From: an uncultured Desulfobacterales bacterium
GTDB taxonomy: Bacteria > Desulfobacterota > Desulfobacteria > Desulfobacterales > Desulfatirhabdiaceae
Reading direction: 5' to 3'
Assembly: GCA_964418135.1 (NCBI GenBank)
Contig: CAYQKZ010000002.1
Location: 1 to 43,954, forward strand
DNA: 43,954 nt
In this document: positions 1 to 9,700 of the stretch, one piece after another
Numbering within the stretch: the first letter of the stretch is position 1
Layout of the letters: every line of letters starts with the position of its first letter
Position numbers and translations under genes: made by a program
Notes under the pieces: model-generated
The model's database searches: none
What the model was told of the DNA's origin: nothing
What the model saw: only the letters and a program-made list of their open reading frames with translations

Positions 1-2
1 CC

Positions 3-152
3 GGCGTTCCAACCATGATCGGCGCCATGATGATGCTGACCGGAAAATGGCGGGGAAAAGGCGTGTTCAATGTCGAGGAATTCGATCCGGATCCGTTCAT
101 GACAGAGCTGAACAAGTGCGGACTGCCGTGGATCGAGGAAATCAAGGAATAA
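3..152 (+). CDS. 3' end of carboxynorspermidine synthase/dehydrogenase (saccharopine dehydrogenase family), 5'-truncated by the window edge
   Basis: Frame-3 translation GVPTMIGAMMMLTGKWRGKGVFNVEEFDPDPFMTELNKCGLPWIEEIKE* is open from the window edge to TAA 150-152. This resembles the C-terminus of CANSDH enzymes. It ends 5 nt before nspC, its usual pathway partner. Confidence 0.6.
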   Translation, partial: GVPTMIGAMMMLTGKWRGKGVFNVEEFDPDPFMTELNKCGLPWIEEIKE

Positions 153-157
153 GGCCC

Positions 158-1300
158 ATGCTGGAACGACTATCGGATCCCCGAATTCCGACCCCTTGTT
201 ATATCGTGGATGAGACAGCCCTGATCCGGAATCTCGAGATTCTGGATTCGGTTCAGCGGAGAACCGGCTGCCGCATCCTGCTGGCACTCAAAGGCTTTGC
301 CATGTTCAGCCTGTTTCCGGTGATCCGGGAATATCTCTGCGGGGTTTCCGCCAGTTCCGTGGATGAGGCGATACTGGGTCGGGAGGAATTCGGAAAGGAC
401 GTCCATTTCTGCGCCCCGGCGTTTCCGGATGCGGATTTCGACGATATCCTCGCGTGCTGCAACCACCTGGTGTTCAATTCCTTTTCCTTCTGGAATCGGT
501 ATCAATCCAGAATTCGGAGTACTGGAAAGCCCGTCCGGTGCGGCATTCGGGTCAACCCCGAACACTCGGAAGTCCGCGTGCCGATCTACGACCCCTGCGG
601 CCCGTATTCCCGGCTGGGTGTCACCCGGAACCATTTCGACCCCCAGGGTCTGGCAGGCATTTCCGGACTGCACTTTCACACGCTGTGCGAACTCAATGCC
701 GATGCCCTGGCCCGAACCCTGCCCGCGTTCGAAGACAGATTCGGTGAATTTTTTAACGGCATGGAATGGGTGAATTTCGGCGGCGGACACCATATCACCC
801 GAAGCGATTATGATGTGGATCTGCTCTGCGATCTCATCACCGGATTCAAATCCCGACATCCCATGGACATCTATCTTGAACCCGGAGAAGCCATCGCCCT
901 GAACACCGGGGTGCTGATCGCATCGGTTCTGGATATTTTTCACAACGGCATGGATATCGCCATTCTGGATACCTCGGCATCGGCACATATGCCCGATGTC
1001 CTGGAAATGCCGTACCGCCCGGTCATCGACGGCGCCGGCATGCCGGAAGATTTTCCGCATACGTACCGACTGGCCGGACTCACCTGTCTGGCCGGCGATA
1101 TCATCGGCGATTATTCCTTCCCCGCGCCCCTGAACGTGGGCGATCGCCTGGTGTTCCAGGACATGGCCCATTATACGATGGTGAAGAATACCACCTTCAA
1201 CGGCGTCCGGCTTCCGTCCATCGGCATCCTGACATCCGCCGGCGACTTCCGGATGGTGCGGAAATTCGGTTACACCGATTACCGGAACCGGCTGTCATGA
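158..1300 (+). CDS. nspC: carboxynorspermidine decarboxylase (fold-III PLP decarboxylase)
   Basis: ORF 47..1300. The family-like N-terminus starts at MLERLSDPRIPTPCYIVDE (ATG 158), just after the upstream stop. It has an LLALKGF PLP-lysine-type region plus NFGGGH and EPGEA motifs, and overall resembles NspC. Confidence 0.85.
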   Translation: MLERLSDPRIPTPCYIVDETALIRNLEILDSVQRRTGCRILLALKGFAMFSLFPVIREYLCGVSASSVDEAILGREEFGKDVHFCAPAFPDADFDDILACCNHLVFNSFSFWNRYQSRIRSTGKPVRCGIRVNPEHSEVRVPIYDPCGPYSRLGVTRNHFDPQGLAGISGLHFHTLCELNADALARTLPAFEDRFGEFFNGMEWVNFGGGHHITRSDYDVDLLCDLITGFKSRHPMDIYLEPGEAIALNTGVLIASVLDIFHNGMDIAILDTSASAHMPDVLEMPYRPVIDGAGMPEDFPHTYRLAGLTCLAGDIIGDYSFPAPLNVGDRLVFQDMAHYTMVKNTTFNGVRLPSIGILTSAGDFRMVRKFGYTDYRNRLS

Positions 1301-2061
1301 CTGGCCGGTTCGTCTCCTTCGACCCCTTACGGACCCTGCACATTCCGGATGTCATCGCCCTGAAACCCGATCAGTGGCTCAGCCGAAAAGATATCATTCT
1401 GGCGGCGGACTGGGTCCTTTTTCCCGAATACTGGCAGATCAACGCCCTGGTGTACGGATGGAAAAAAAAGATTTTCCCCAGCATCGGCAGCTTTCATATC
1501 GGCCATGACAAGGTGGAGATGACCCGCGCGTTTCAGGCCGTCCGTCCCGAAAACACACCGCACACCCATATCCTGGCCAATACGGACACGGCGGTCGAAC
1601 AGATACTGGATGCGTTCTGCTATCCCTTCGTGGCCAAGGAAATCCGAAATTCCATGGGACAGGGGGTTTTTCTGATCCAGACCCGAAAGGGTTTTCTGGA
1701 TTACGTCGAAAACAATTCCGTACTCTATGTGCAGGAATATCTGGACATCCGACGGGATCTCCGGCTGGTGCTGATCGGAAAAGAAGTGGTGGCAGGCTAT
1801 TGGCGGCAGGCCGCCCCTGGACAGTTTCACAACAACGTGTCCCAGGGCGGCGCCGTATGCTTCGAAGACATCCCTGAAGGAGCTGTCCGGCTTGTCGAAT
1901 CCTTTGCCCGAGAAACCGGAATCGATCATGCGGGATTCGATGTGGCCGAAGTGGACGGCCATTTTTATTTTCTGGAATTCAACACCCGATTCGGCACCCG
2001 CGCCCTGACCGATCGCGGCATCCAGTTGAGTGATCAGATTTATTCATTTTTAAACGCATAA
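1297..2061 (+). CDS. ATP-grasp domain ligase (RimK/alpha-L-glutamate-ligase-like), substrate unknown
   Basis: 254-aa ORF whose ATG overlaps the nspC stop (ATGA at 1297-1300). ATP-grasp core segments are present: FVAKEIRNSMGQGVFLI, LYVQEYLDIRRDLRLVLIG, GYWRQ and FYFLEFNTRFG. Confidence 0.7.
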   Translation: MTGRFVSFDPLRTLHIPDVIALKPDQWLSRKDIILAADWVLFPEYWQINALVYGWKKKIFPSIGSFHIGHDKVEMTRAFQAVRPENTPHTHILANTDTAVEQILDAFCYPFVAKEIRNSMGQGVFLIQTRKGFLDYVENNSVLYVQEYLDIRRDLRLVLIGKEVVAGYWRQAAPGQFHNNVSQGGAVCFEDIPEGAVRLVESFARETGIDHAGFDVAEVDGHFYFLEFNTRFGTRALTDRGIQLSDQIYSFLNA

Positions 2062-2186
2062 CCTGGACATTCACCCGAATTCACCGGAGATTTAACTTAA
2101 CGCATCGAAATTATTTCTGAATGTCTATGTCTATAGCCGATCACGCCATCTGGTGGCGCAAAGGCTCACCTTGAAGCAGGCACGGG

Positions 2187-3392
2187 TTATTGCTTATTCC
2201 CCCACACGGCATAGACGGGATCTGAATATCGCTGCTGCCCGAAATACTTGTCGTTTTCCGGCCGGGGAAGTCCACGCATCGAATACGTATTCAGATTGAC
2301 AAATGATCCGTTCTGGATCAGGTATTCCAGAACCAGCCCCATCCGTTCGAACTCATGCAGTTCTTTCCAAATACGTATGGCTTTGGGCGGAAACCAGCGA
2401 TTGGAAAATGTCATGATCACCAGTCCGCCGGGCTTCAGAATCCGGGAAATCTCGGAAAACACCTCGAAAGGCCGAATGAGGTATTCGACGGATGCCGTAC
2501 AGGTTACCGCATCCAGAGAACCACTTTCGAAGGGAAGCGTCGGGACCTGATTGAGATCCTGAACCACAAAGCGATTCAACCGCTTATTGGCCTGGAGTTC
2601 TTCAGAGTTCATCCCCAGGCCGATAACTTCCGAAAAGGAGATATCGGGCAAGTGGGATGTCCAGCTGCTCATCAAATCGAGGATACGCATGCCGGGGTTG
2701 AGTAAATCGGCATACCGGTCCATGATCACCGAAATGGCCAGATCGTCCAGGTGATTCACAAACCGGGGACCGGCATAAAACAGGGGATCGGGTTGTTCAT
2801 CGTCACGATCGAACGGCTGATCCGAAAAAAAATCCGTTGGGTTGCCATCGATACGGCTTTGCATTCCCGGCCCTGCGGATATCACTTCCAGCCAGTCATA
2901 GCAGGTACCTCCCCGATCGACTGGTTTGGCGTGAATGTTTAAAATGGTTGCCTTCAGATCGATCGGAACGGTTGCCAAGGGATGGTTCAAGCTGACTTGA
3001 ATGCCGGAATCATTGGCCGCCACACATCGGAATGGTTCGATATTGACCGGAAAAATATTCGCCATACCAGTCAGAATCCCTTTGGGATAGAACCGCCCGG
3101 ATCTGGGTTCGATCAGACGGGAAGTATCCATTTTCCGGTTAAACTGGGAGGGGTTGATAACATGTTCGGCGGATGACTGAAAACCCGGAACGATTTCTCC
3201 GGATTTCATGCAGAAATCCACCGATTCCCCAACCGCTCTGTTCAATAACTGTTGATAAACATGCTGCGGAAAGCAGTCGCGCCAGAAATTGACGTTCTGG
3301 GCCATATAGTTATCGACATGCGTCGCATGTTCGCTTTTCCATGTCATTCGAAATTCGATATCAGCTCTACAATCGGTATTGGTATTCATCAT
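2187..3392 (-). CDS. two-domain protein: N-terminal domain of unknown function plus C-terminal class I SAM-dependent methyltransferase (type 11-like)
   Basis: ORF 2187..3395. GTG 3395 overlaps the GGAG at 3395-3398, so ATG 3392 or 3389 is the likelier start. The C-terminal half carries RILDLMSSW, LDAVTCTASVEYL and LKPGGLVIMTF segments typical of Methyltransf_11 enzymes. Confidence 0.7.
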   Translation of the reverse strand: MMNTNTDCRADIEFRMTWKSEHATHVDNYMAQNVNFWRDCFPQHVYQQLLNRAVGESVDFCMKSGEIVPGFQSSAEHVINPSQFNRKMDTSRLIEPRSGRFYPKGILTGMANIFPVNIEPFRCVAANDSGIQVSLNHPLATVPIDLKATILNIHAKPVDRGGTCYDWLEVISAGPGMQSRIDGNPTDFFSDQPFDRDDEQPDPLFYAGPRFVNHLDDLAISVIMDRYADLLNPGMRILDLMSSWTSHLPDISFSEVIGLGMNSEELQANKRLNRFVVQDLNQVPTLPFESGSLDAVTCTASVEYLIRPFEVFSEISRILKPGGLVIMTFSNRWFPPKAIRIWKELHEFERMGLVLEYLIQNGSFVNLNTYSMRGLPRPENDKYFGQQRYSDPVYAVWGNKQ

Positions 3393-3560
3393 CACTCCTT
3401 TTTTTGAGATTTATCCAAAATAAGATTGCGTTGACTATCCGTCAAGGATCGGCAATCCATGGCACAGAGTCGGGCATCGGTGCAGAGAAAAACTTTGGTC
3501 TGCTTTTGTTTTCATTGAAAACTTGAAATGCTGTTGACACTTTCTTATGATCAAGCTGCA

Positions 3561-3592
3561 TGTGAATGTGGATGTGGATGTGGATGTGGATG
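3561..3592. repeat. hexanucleotide microsatellite TGTGAA(TGTGGA)4TG
   Basis: Read directly: tgtgaa tgtgga tgtgga tgtgga tgtgga tg. It lies in the divergent intergenic region between the methyltransferase gene and the DUF3604 gene, 94 nt upstream of ATG 3686. Confidence 0.95.
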
Positions 3593-3685
3593 AAAAGTGA
3601 TTCTCACGCATTATCGCGGAGCATTTTTTTGTTGTGGGCTTCGTGGATTGACGAGTTTCCAACGATAATTGGATGGGAGGACGAA

Positions 3686-5320
3686 ATGGATTCAACCAAG
3701 AAAAGCTTATCTTGTCGTATTTTCTGGATAGCCGTCATCATGGTATCGGTGATCGGCACGGCCTCCATCACCCATTGCGCTGAAACCAAAAGGATTTTTA
3801 ACTGGCTGGAGTTTTCTTATCCGGAGTATCTATCCCCTCCCAATCAACAGACCCTGCAAACAGAAGAGGGAATCGTATTTCGCTATTATTCCGATACACA
3901 TGCCGTTATCGCAGTTTATAACGATATGCTGTATTATCTCGACAATCAGCCGATGCTATACCCACTTGGAGATATTGCATATTGGGATCAGATTATGGAA
4001 AACGATGTTCCCTATCATTTTTTCGAGAAATTCTCTTTGACGCTGGAAAATGTGTACTGGGGTGATTTTCATGCACATACCGGTTATTCCAAGGATGCCG
4101 CTCTGTGCGGTGCGGACAGCCCTTCCGCGGCGCTTGAATTTGCACGGGCCAAAGACCAGGCCGATCTGGATTTTGTGGCGCTGAACGATCATGCCGAACT
4201 AGTCAATCCGTCGGCACTGCCGAATCAGGACAGCGATATCTGGCAAAGCATTCTGCGCATCAGCTCCCTTTACAACAACGAAGACCCATTCACAGGAAAA
4301 GTGTTCATCGTCTTTCCCGGCTGGGAGTATACCAACACCAAAGGCATGCCGGAATGTTCGGAAGATACCGGATATGGGCACAAAAACGTCGTTTTCAAAA
4401 GCCTGACCGATGTATCGGTATATCGCATCGGGGCATGCTTCATGCTCCCGGGCAGAAGAGCCGCCGGCGCGCAGGCGTTGTGGAACGATCTTTCCGAATT
4501 CAGGCCGATGTCCGGCTCCACCGAACCCAGGGCATTTACGATAATTCATACGCCGGCGCATCTGGGACCCAACGATGGCACAACGGCAACCAATCACATC
4601 ACCGACTGGAATGTCATGGATACCGATTTTACCCGGCATGTGGAAATCCTTTCCAAATGGGGCAATTCGGAAGGGTACCAGCCCGAATCCGCAAACTGTT
4701 TCCAGGAGGATGATCCGGTCGAACATGAATCCGCGGAAACACTGGCCGCCAACACGTTACGGAACATCCTTTTCGAAAAATGGATTGGTGAAGGAAATTC
4801 ACGGTACTTGCTGTCAATTATCGGTGGGACAGACAATCACATGGGGCACCCCGGCAGTTGGCTTGAAGATTTATGTGACCCCAATATGCGTTATCTCGGT
4901 GGATTGGCGGGAATCGCCGCACCTGTGCTGACCCGGAACAGCCTGTGGTCTGCATTGTCCAACCGACATACACAGGCAAGCTCCACCGGAACGAAAATCC
5001 CGCTGCTGCTGTCTGTCGAGACCGCTGGACAGACACTGCTCATGGGAGCGCATCTGCCTGACGATGGAGGCTTGGTTCGTGTCAGAGCATTATCCGGCAA
5101 CACGGTCGAACGAATCGACATTGTGATCGACGGATGCCTGATCGCACATGCCGCTGCCGGGCAGATCGACCGCACGTTCGATTTGCCTCCCGGAAGGCAT
5201 TACATTTACGCCCGATCCCGATTGCAGGGGCAGGAAAGAATGTATCAGGCATGGACAAGTCCGGTATACCTGGGCAATCCGGCTCGGCAAGGCGATTTCC
5301 AACTCACCGCTCACCGTTAA
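3686..5320 (+). CDS. secreted DUF3604 / PHP-like metal-dependent phosphoesterase family protein
   Basis: GDFHAHTGYSKDA and DFVALNDHAE form a His/Asp pattern typical of DUF3604/PHP-fold proteins. Start moved to ATG 3686 (GGGAGG at 3675-3680, 5-nt spacer), which exposes a signal-peptide-like segment IFWIAVIMVSVIGTASITHCA. Confidence 0.65.
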   Translation: MDSTKKSLSCRIFWIAVIMVSVIGTASITHCAETKRIFNWLEFSYPEYLSPPNQQTLQTEEGIVFRYYSDTHAVIAVYNDMLYYLDNQPMLYPLGDIAYWDQIMENDVPYHFFEKFSLTLENVYWGDFHAHTGYSKDAALCGADSPSAALEFARAKDQADLDFVALNDHAELVNPSALPNQDSDIWQSILRISSLYNNEDPFTGKVFIVFPGWEYTNTKGMPECSEDTGYGHKNVVFKSLTDVSVYRIGACFMLPGRRAAGAQALWNDLSEFRPMSGSTEPRAFTIIHTPAHLGPNDGTTATNHITDWNVMDTDFTRHVEILSKWGNSEGYQPESANCFQEDDPVEHESAETLAANTLRNILFEKWIGEGNSRYLLSIIGGTDNHMGHPGSWLEDLCDPNMRYLGGLAGIAAPVLTRNSLWSALSNRHTQASSTGTKIPLLLSVETAGQTLLMGAHLPDDGGLVRVRALSGNTVERIDIVIDGCLIAHAAAGQIDRTFDLPPGRHYIYARSRLQGQERMYQAWTSPVYLGNPARQGDFQLTAHR

Positions 5321-5526
5321 CGTCTGGTTGCCTGGGGAGGATAATTTCTGAACGACCCGTCAATGACCAATACGATCGCCCGAAGAGCCGCAGCGACGGC
5401 GGATTGTTGACTTTGCAAGATTTCTTTATTATTTGGATAGGGGAAATCATTTTCAATGAGCCCAACAATACAGTGTATCCGACATCTGAACCTTCACATA
5501 ACTTCATCATGAATGGATAATTTTCA

Positions 5527-6441
5527 ATGGACAACTACAGACCCTGTTATATCGACACATTGCAAAGCGGGTTGTTGAAGAACAAAATTCGGCAGGCCGC
5601 CGAAATCCTTCAGTCCTGCCAGCTTTGCCCCAGAAAATGCCGCGTCAACCGACTGAGCGGTCAGAAAGGAATCTGCAAAACCACCGATCAGGCCGTTGTT
5701 TACGGATATCATGCCCATTTCGGTGAAGAAGCCCCGCTGGTCGGCCAACACGGGTCCGGAACCATTTTCTTTTCCCAATGCAATTTGAAGTGCAATTTCT
5801 GCCAGAATTTCGACATCAGCCATAAAGGCGCAGGAAACCCGGTTTCCGATATGGAACTGGCAGAGATGATGCTGGCGCTGCAACAGGAAGGCTGCCACAA
5901 TATCAATTTCGTCACCCCGTCGCATGTCGTCCCTCAGATTCTTTCAGCGATTCAGATCGCCGCTGCCAGAGGGCTGACCCTACCCTTGATCTACAATACC
6001 AGCGCATACGACGCCGTGGAAACGCTTCAGATTCTGGAGGGTGTCATCGATATCTACATGCCGGATTTCAAGTTCTGGGATCCCCGTTCATCGGATGTCA
6101 CCTGTGGCGCGCCCGATTATCCCGATGCCGCCAGAAAGGCCATTCTGGAAATGCACCGCCAGGTTGGCGATCTGGTGCTGGACGCCTCCGGCCTGGCAAA
6201 ACGGGGGGTACTCATCCGTCATTTGATCATGCCCGACGGGTTGGCGGAAACGCTTGAAATCATGAAATTCATAGCATCCAAAGTCTCCAGAAACGCCTAT
6301 GTCAACATCATGCCCCAGTATCAACCGAGCGGTGATATCGGCAACATCAAGTGGCTGCGACGGAAAATCACGGCTCAGGAACACACCAAAGCCATTCAAT
6401 ATGCGCAAGATGCCGGGCTGACCCGGATCGACAACCGATAA
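5527..6441 (+). CDS. radical SAM enzyme, PflX-type (pyruvate formate-lyase-activase-like, COG1313-like)
   Basis: N-terminal CQLCPRKCRVNR Cys motif and a canonical CNLKCNFC (CX3CX2C) radical SAM cluster motif; 304 aa. Confidence 0.8.
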   Translation: MDNYRPCYIDTLQSGLLKNKIRQAAEILQSCQLCPRKCRVNRLSGQKGICKTTDQAVVYGYHAHFGEEAPLVGQHGSGTIFFSQCNLKCNFCQNFDISHKGAGNPVSDMELAEMMLALQQEGCHNINFVTPSHVVPQILSAIQIAAARGLTLPLIYNTSAYDAVETLQILEGVIDIYMPDFKFWDPRSSDVTCGAPDYPDAARKAILEMHRQVGDLVLDASGLAKRGVLIRHLIMPDGLAETLEIMKFIASKVSRNAYVNIMPQYQPSGDIGNIKWLRRKITAQEHTKAIQYAQDAGLTRIDNR

Positions 6442-6491
6442 TCCTCGACCGGTCACAATCCGCAATTTCCTATAAACGGTTATTCAATAAC

Positions 6492-6567
6492 TTTTCTGTC
6501 GTCCCTATGGGACTGATACTATTCATTCTCATTGACCCGGCAATGAATTGCCGGGCTATTTTCGATT
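6492..6567 (+). repeat. interspersed repeat family A, copy 1 (small palindrome GTCCCTATGGGAC plus terminator-like hairpin module)
   Basis: TTTTCTGTCGTCCCTATGGGACTG (6492-6515) is homologous to 10568-10591. The 32-nt string CCCGGCAATGAATTGCCGGGCTATTTTCGATT (6536-6567) is identical to 10614-10645, in the same orientation and with similar internal spacing (44 vs 46 nt). Confidence 0.85.
6536..6567 (+). terminator. Rho-independent terminator candidate downstream of the PflX-type radical SAM gene
   Basis: 8-bp GC-rich stem CCCGGCAA/TTGCCGGG with a TGAA loop, followed by CTATTTTCGATT. It starts about 95 nt after the stop at 6439-6441. Confidence 0.5.
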
Positions 6568-6797
6568 GGAGTGGACCAAGTTAGAACCAAGCCCTCTTGA
6601 TGATATTCTTTTTGCGACCGTTGCGCCTTTGCGGTGATCATTCTTACGATGAAAGAATCAAGCTATGGAACAGACAACTGCTTCAATGACAAACTGGCAA
6701 AATCGGGTGGTCTCCCCCCAAAAGGCACTGGATCGAATCGAGCCGGGGGTAATCGAAAATCTGAAGTCTTAATCAAATGAATTCAGGAATATGCCAT

Positions 6798-9700
6798 TTA
6801 CGGCCGGTCGAGGTATATCATCCGAACTTTGCTGCGCTCTTTTCCTTGGCAGAGTGAATTGATCCGCTCTGTCAAGGCCGCAATAGCCTCGGACGGCGTC
6901 AACGGATTGCTGAAAATGGATTTGAAGGTGTCGGCGGTCAGCTCGACAGACTCGATCCCCCTGGATAGGGTGGAAATCAGATCCCGCAATGTAGTTGCAT
7001 TGGCAACCGTCAGGTCGCAAGCGCCGTTTCTGAAGTTTTCCACCAAGGCCCGATCGTCAGTGTTCAGCAAATCCAGATTGCTGGTGACACTCGGGTCTTT
7101 GAAGATAGCGCGCATGGCATTGATCCATTTATCCAGGATGCCCTGCAATCGCTCTTCCAGATCGGCCATATTGTAAACGGGGTTGCCGATATGCTCCTTC
7201 GGATTGAAATCGTGATAGGGATATTCTTTGACCCGGTCTTTGGTAACAGCCTCATCCCCGGAGGTAAGCGATGTGACGATATTCAACCAGGTGGTGTATT
7301 CCGAGGCCGACAGAAAATCGGCATCACGGACAATATCGCAGATACGTTTGTTGTCCGATTTCAGGATATTTTCTTTTTGCAACACCGATTCCCGGAACAG
7401 TCGGCAACGAGTGTAGCAGGACATATAATAATCGGCATACCGGTCGATCAGGAATTTCAGTGCGGTTTCATACCGGCCAATCTCGGCTTTGTCACCAGAT
7501 GCCAGATATTCCGGCAATTGATTGACCGCCTTTTGCATATCATCGTACAAGGGCTGTTCACTTGTCGGTAAATAAGAAATGGCTTGCGCCAGATAGGTGA
7601 CCAGTTTGGAAATATTTTGGGAAAGATCGTGCAGTTGTTCGATTTTCGGACAGAGCTGGTATGCCGAGAAAATCTCTTTGAGTTGGTCGGATGAAAACGG
7701 CAAATTTTTCAATTTGCCGATGGTGTTATATGGCTGAATCTGATCCAGTGTGGTCAAGAGACGATCCAGTGCGGTTTGGTGAGCCTGTATCTGCTCATCG
7801 GGAATCAATGCAATATCTCGGCATTTGATGCCGGATGCGGCCAATGTTTTTGCCTTGACAATGCGATCGACCATTTCCTTTACCTTCGTGGCGATCTGGA
7901 TGTAGGCTTCACTGTTTTCCAGTTCAGCCGTCAGATCGGGAAGCCCCAGGAACTCAAAAAGGGTTTTGATAACTTCCGCAGGAATTCTCGGGGATGTATT
8001 GTCTTTGCTGATCGGGTGGTTCAACTCCTTGAAAGCCGGATAATGCGGATATTTATCATTGAAATGGGGTGTAAGCAGGTGGGCGGCAATCCCGCTGAAA
8101 ACTTGTTCTTTGGTGCTGCATTCGGCCAGCAGCGGAAACGATTTGAGAGGCTTCGTCTGACCGTTATAAACCACTCGGGTTTTTTCGATATATTCGGTTT
8201 CAAACAGGGCTGTGGAACGATTCAGCAGCGTATTCACTTTTTCTCTGAATGCCGCCTTCTGATTGCTGGGCGCCGACCCTTCCAGGGCTTTGGCTGCGCC
8301 GAACAGGTAGATGGCGTTTTTAAAGTCGTCGCTCAGATCGGACAAGTCGAAATAGACTTCGTCGGAAACGTCGTTGATGGCAATCATGGAAAACAAAGGA
8401 CAGAAAAAAATGTAATATTCCTGAATCGGTTCGGTGGTGCTGCGCTCATTGGGATTGCCAAAAAATATATAGCCGAGGCGGTATGATTTTTTATCCAGCC
8501 AGTTCAGGCTGTGTTCGAAAATTTTATAGCCCTGGCGACAGGATTTCTGATTGATAAGAATGATATGCTGCAGAAAATCAAAGAAAAAGGCGTCGGACTG
8601 CTCCGCTGACCTGGCCAGCACCTGCTCCGCATAATCCTTGATATCCTGATCCAAATTTCTATCGCCTTCCACCCGGATATAGAACTCGTGCGTTTGGTCG
8701 TTGATACCCACGTATTGTCCGCTGGTGGCGGCCACCAGTTGTTTGGCGATGGTATCGACATTGACCAGCAACAGCTCGGCATCGTTTACCTCCGGCAGGG
8801 TGATACAGAGATCGTCGCACAGAGACTGGACGCCAGCACCGTTTTTCTTGTCGAGATCGTCATAGAGAATGGACAGACACAGCGCATCGGCAATGGCGAT
8901 GGCCGCCGGTTTTTTGTTGGACAGGGTGCCTGTGAAGTATTTCTGGATTTTATCATGAATGACTTCCGAAATGTCCTTGACCTGGCGAATATCCGGAATG
9001 GTGTTCATGGAACTGCACAGTTCTTTCCAGTAACGGTCGTAGGTGATCAAGCCAGGTGCCCGGGTCGGCACATCGGTATCGATCATCTCTGCAAAATCGA
9101 AGCTGAGGACCTTCAGGATTTCACGCTGGCTTTTGCCGAACTTGATCCGCTCCAAATGGCGGATATACCGGGGATGAACCGGAAACATCGCCACATATTC
9201 GTTGAAGCGGTTCCGCATGTCTTCGAAAAGGTGAGTAAAATCGGACAGGTGCCGGCGGATCTGCGATTTCTGATGTTTGTTTTTTTTCAGCAGCCGCTCT
9301 TTGACCACAAACGAAACATCTTCTTTGGTGATTACCAGATCCGAATAGCGATCCACGACCTTGTTCATCATGTCGGCCAAGTGCTGAAACTCCGGTGCCC
9401 GATAGAGCAACTCCTGGACACCGAACATCAGCTTGAATCGCGAATGGTCGCACATCTCACCGAGCTGGCGCAGCATCATCAGATCGTTACCCAGCTCCAT
9501 GAGGCTTCGGCTTTTCAGGTATTCCAGCAATTCGTCGATTACGACCAGCAGATGTTGGTTCGGAAAGGCTTCCTCGAATTCGGCCATCATCTGCTGAATC
9601 TGCGTTTTCCAGGAAAAACTGGATGACTCATCGAACTTGAATTGGATTCTCAGGGTTTTCAGAAATCGTTCGAGATGGGCAAACACGACATCCTTCAAGG

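Noticed and set aside
3566-3685. N-terminal MWMWMWMWMKSD... extension of the 584-aa ORF
   Set aside because: It is the in-frame reading of the TGTGGA microsatellite and has no RBS. ATG 3686 has a GGGAGG RBS and yields a sensible signal peptide, so the extension is treated as non-coding.
8688-9626. Long antisense ORFs inside confidently assigned genes (for example 170-1171, 8688-9626, 18512-19699, 21095-21751, 25568-26344, 35517-36437)
   Set aside because: They are shadow ORFs opposite strongly motif-supported genes. Their translations are low-complexity or Arg/Gly/His-rich with no recognisable motifs.
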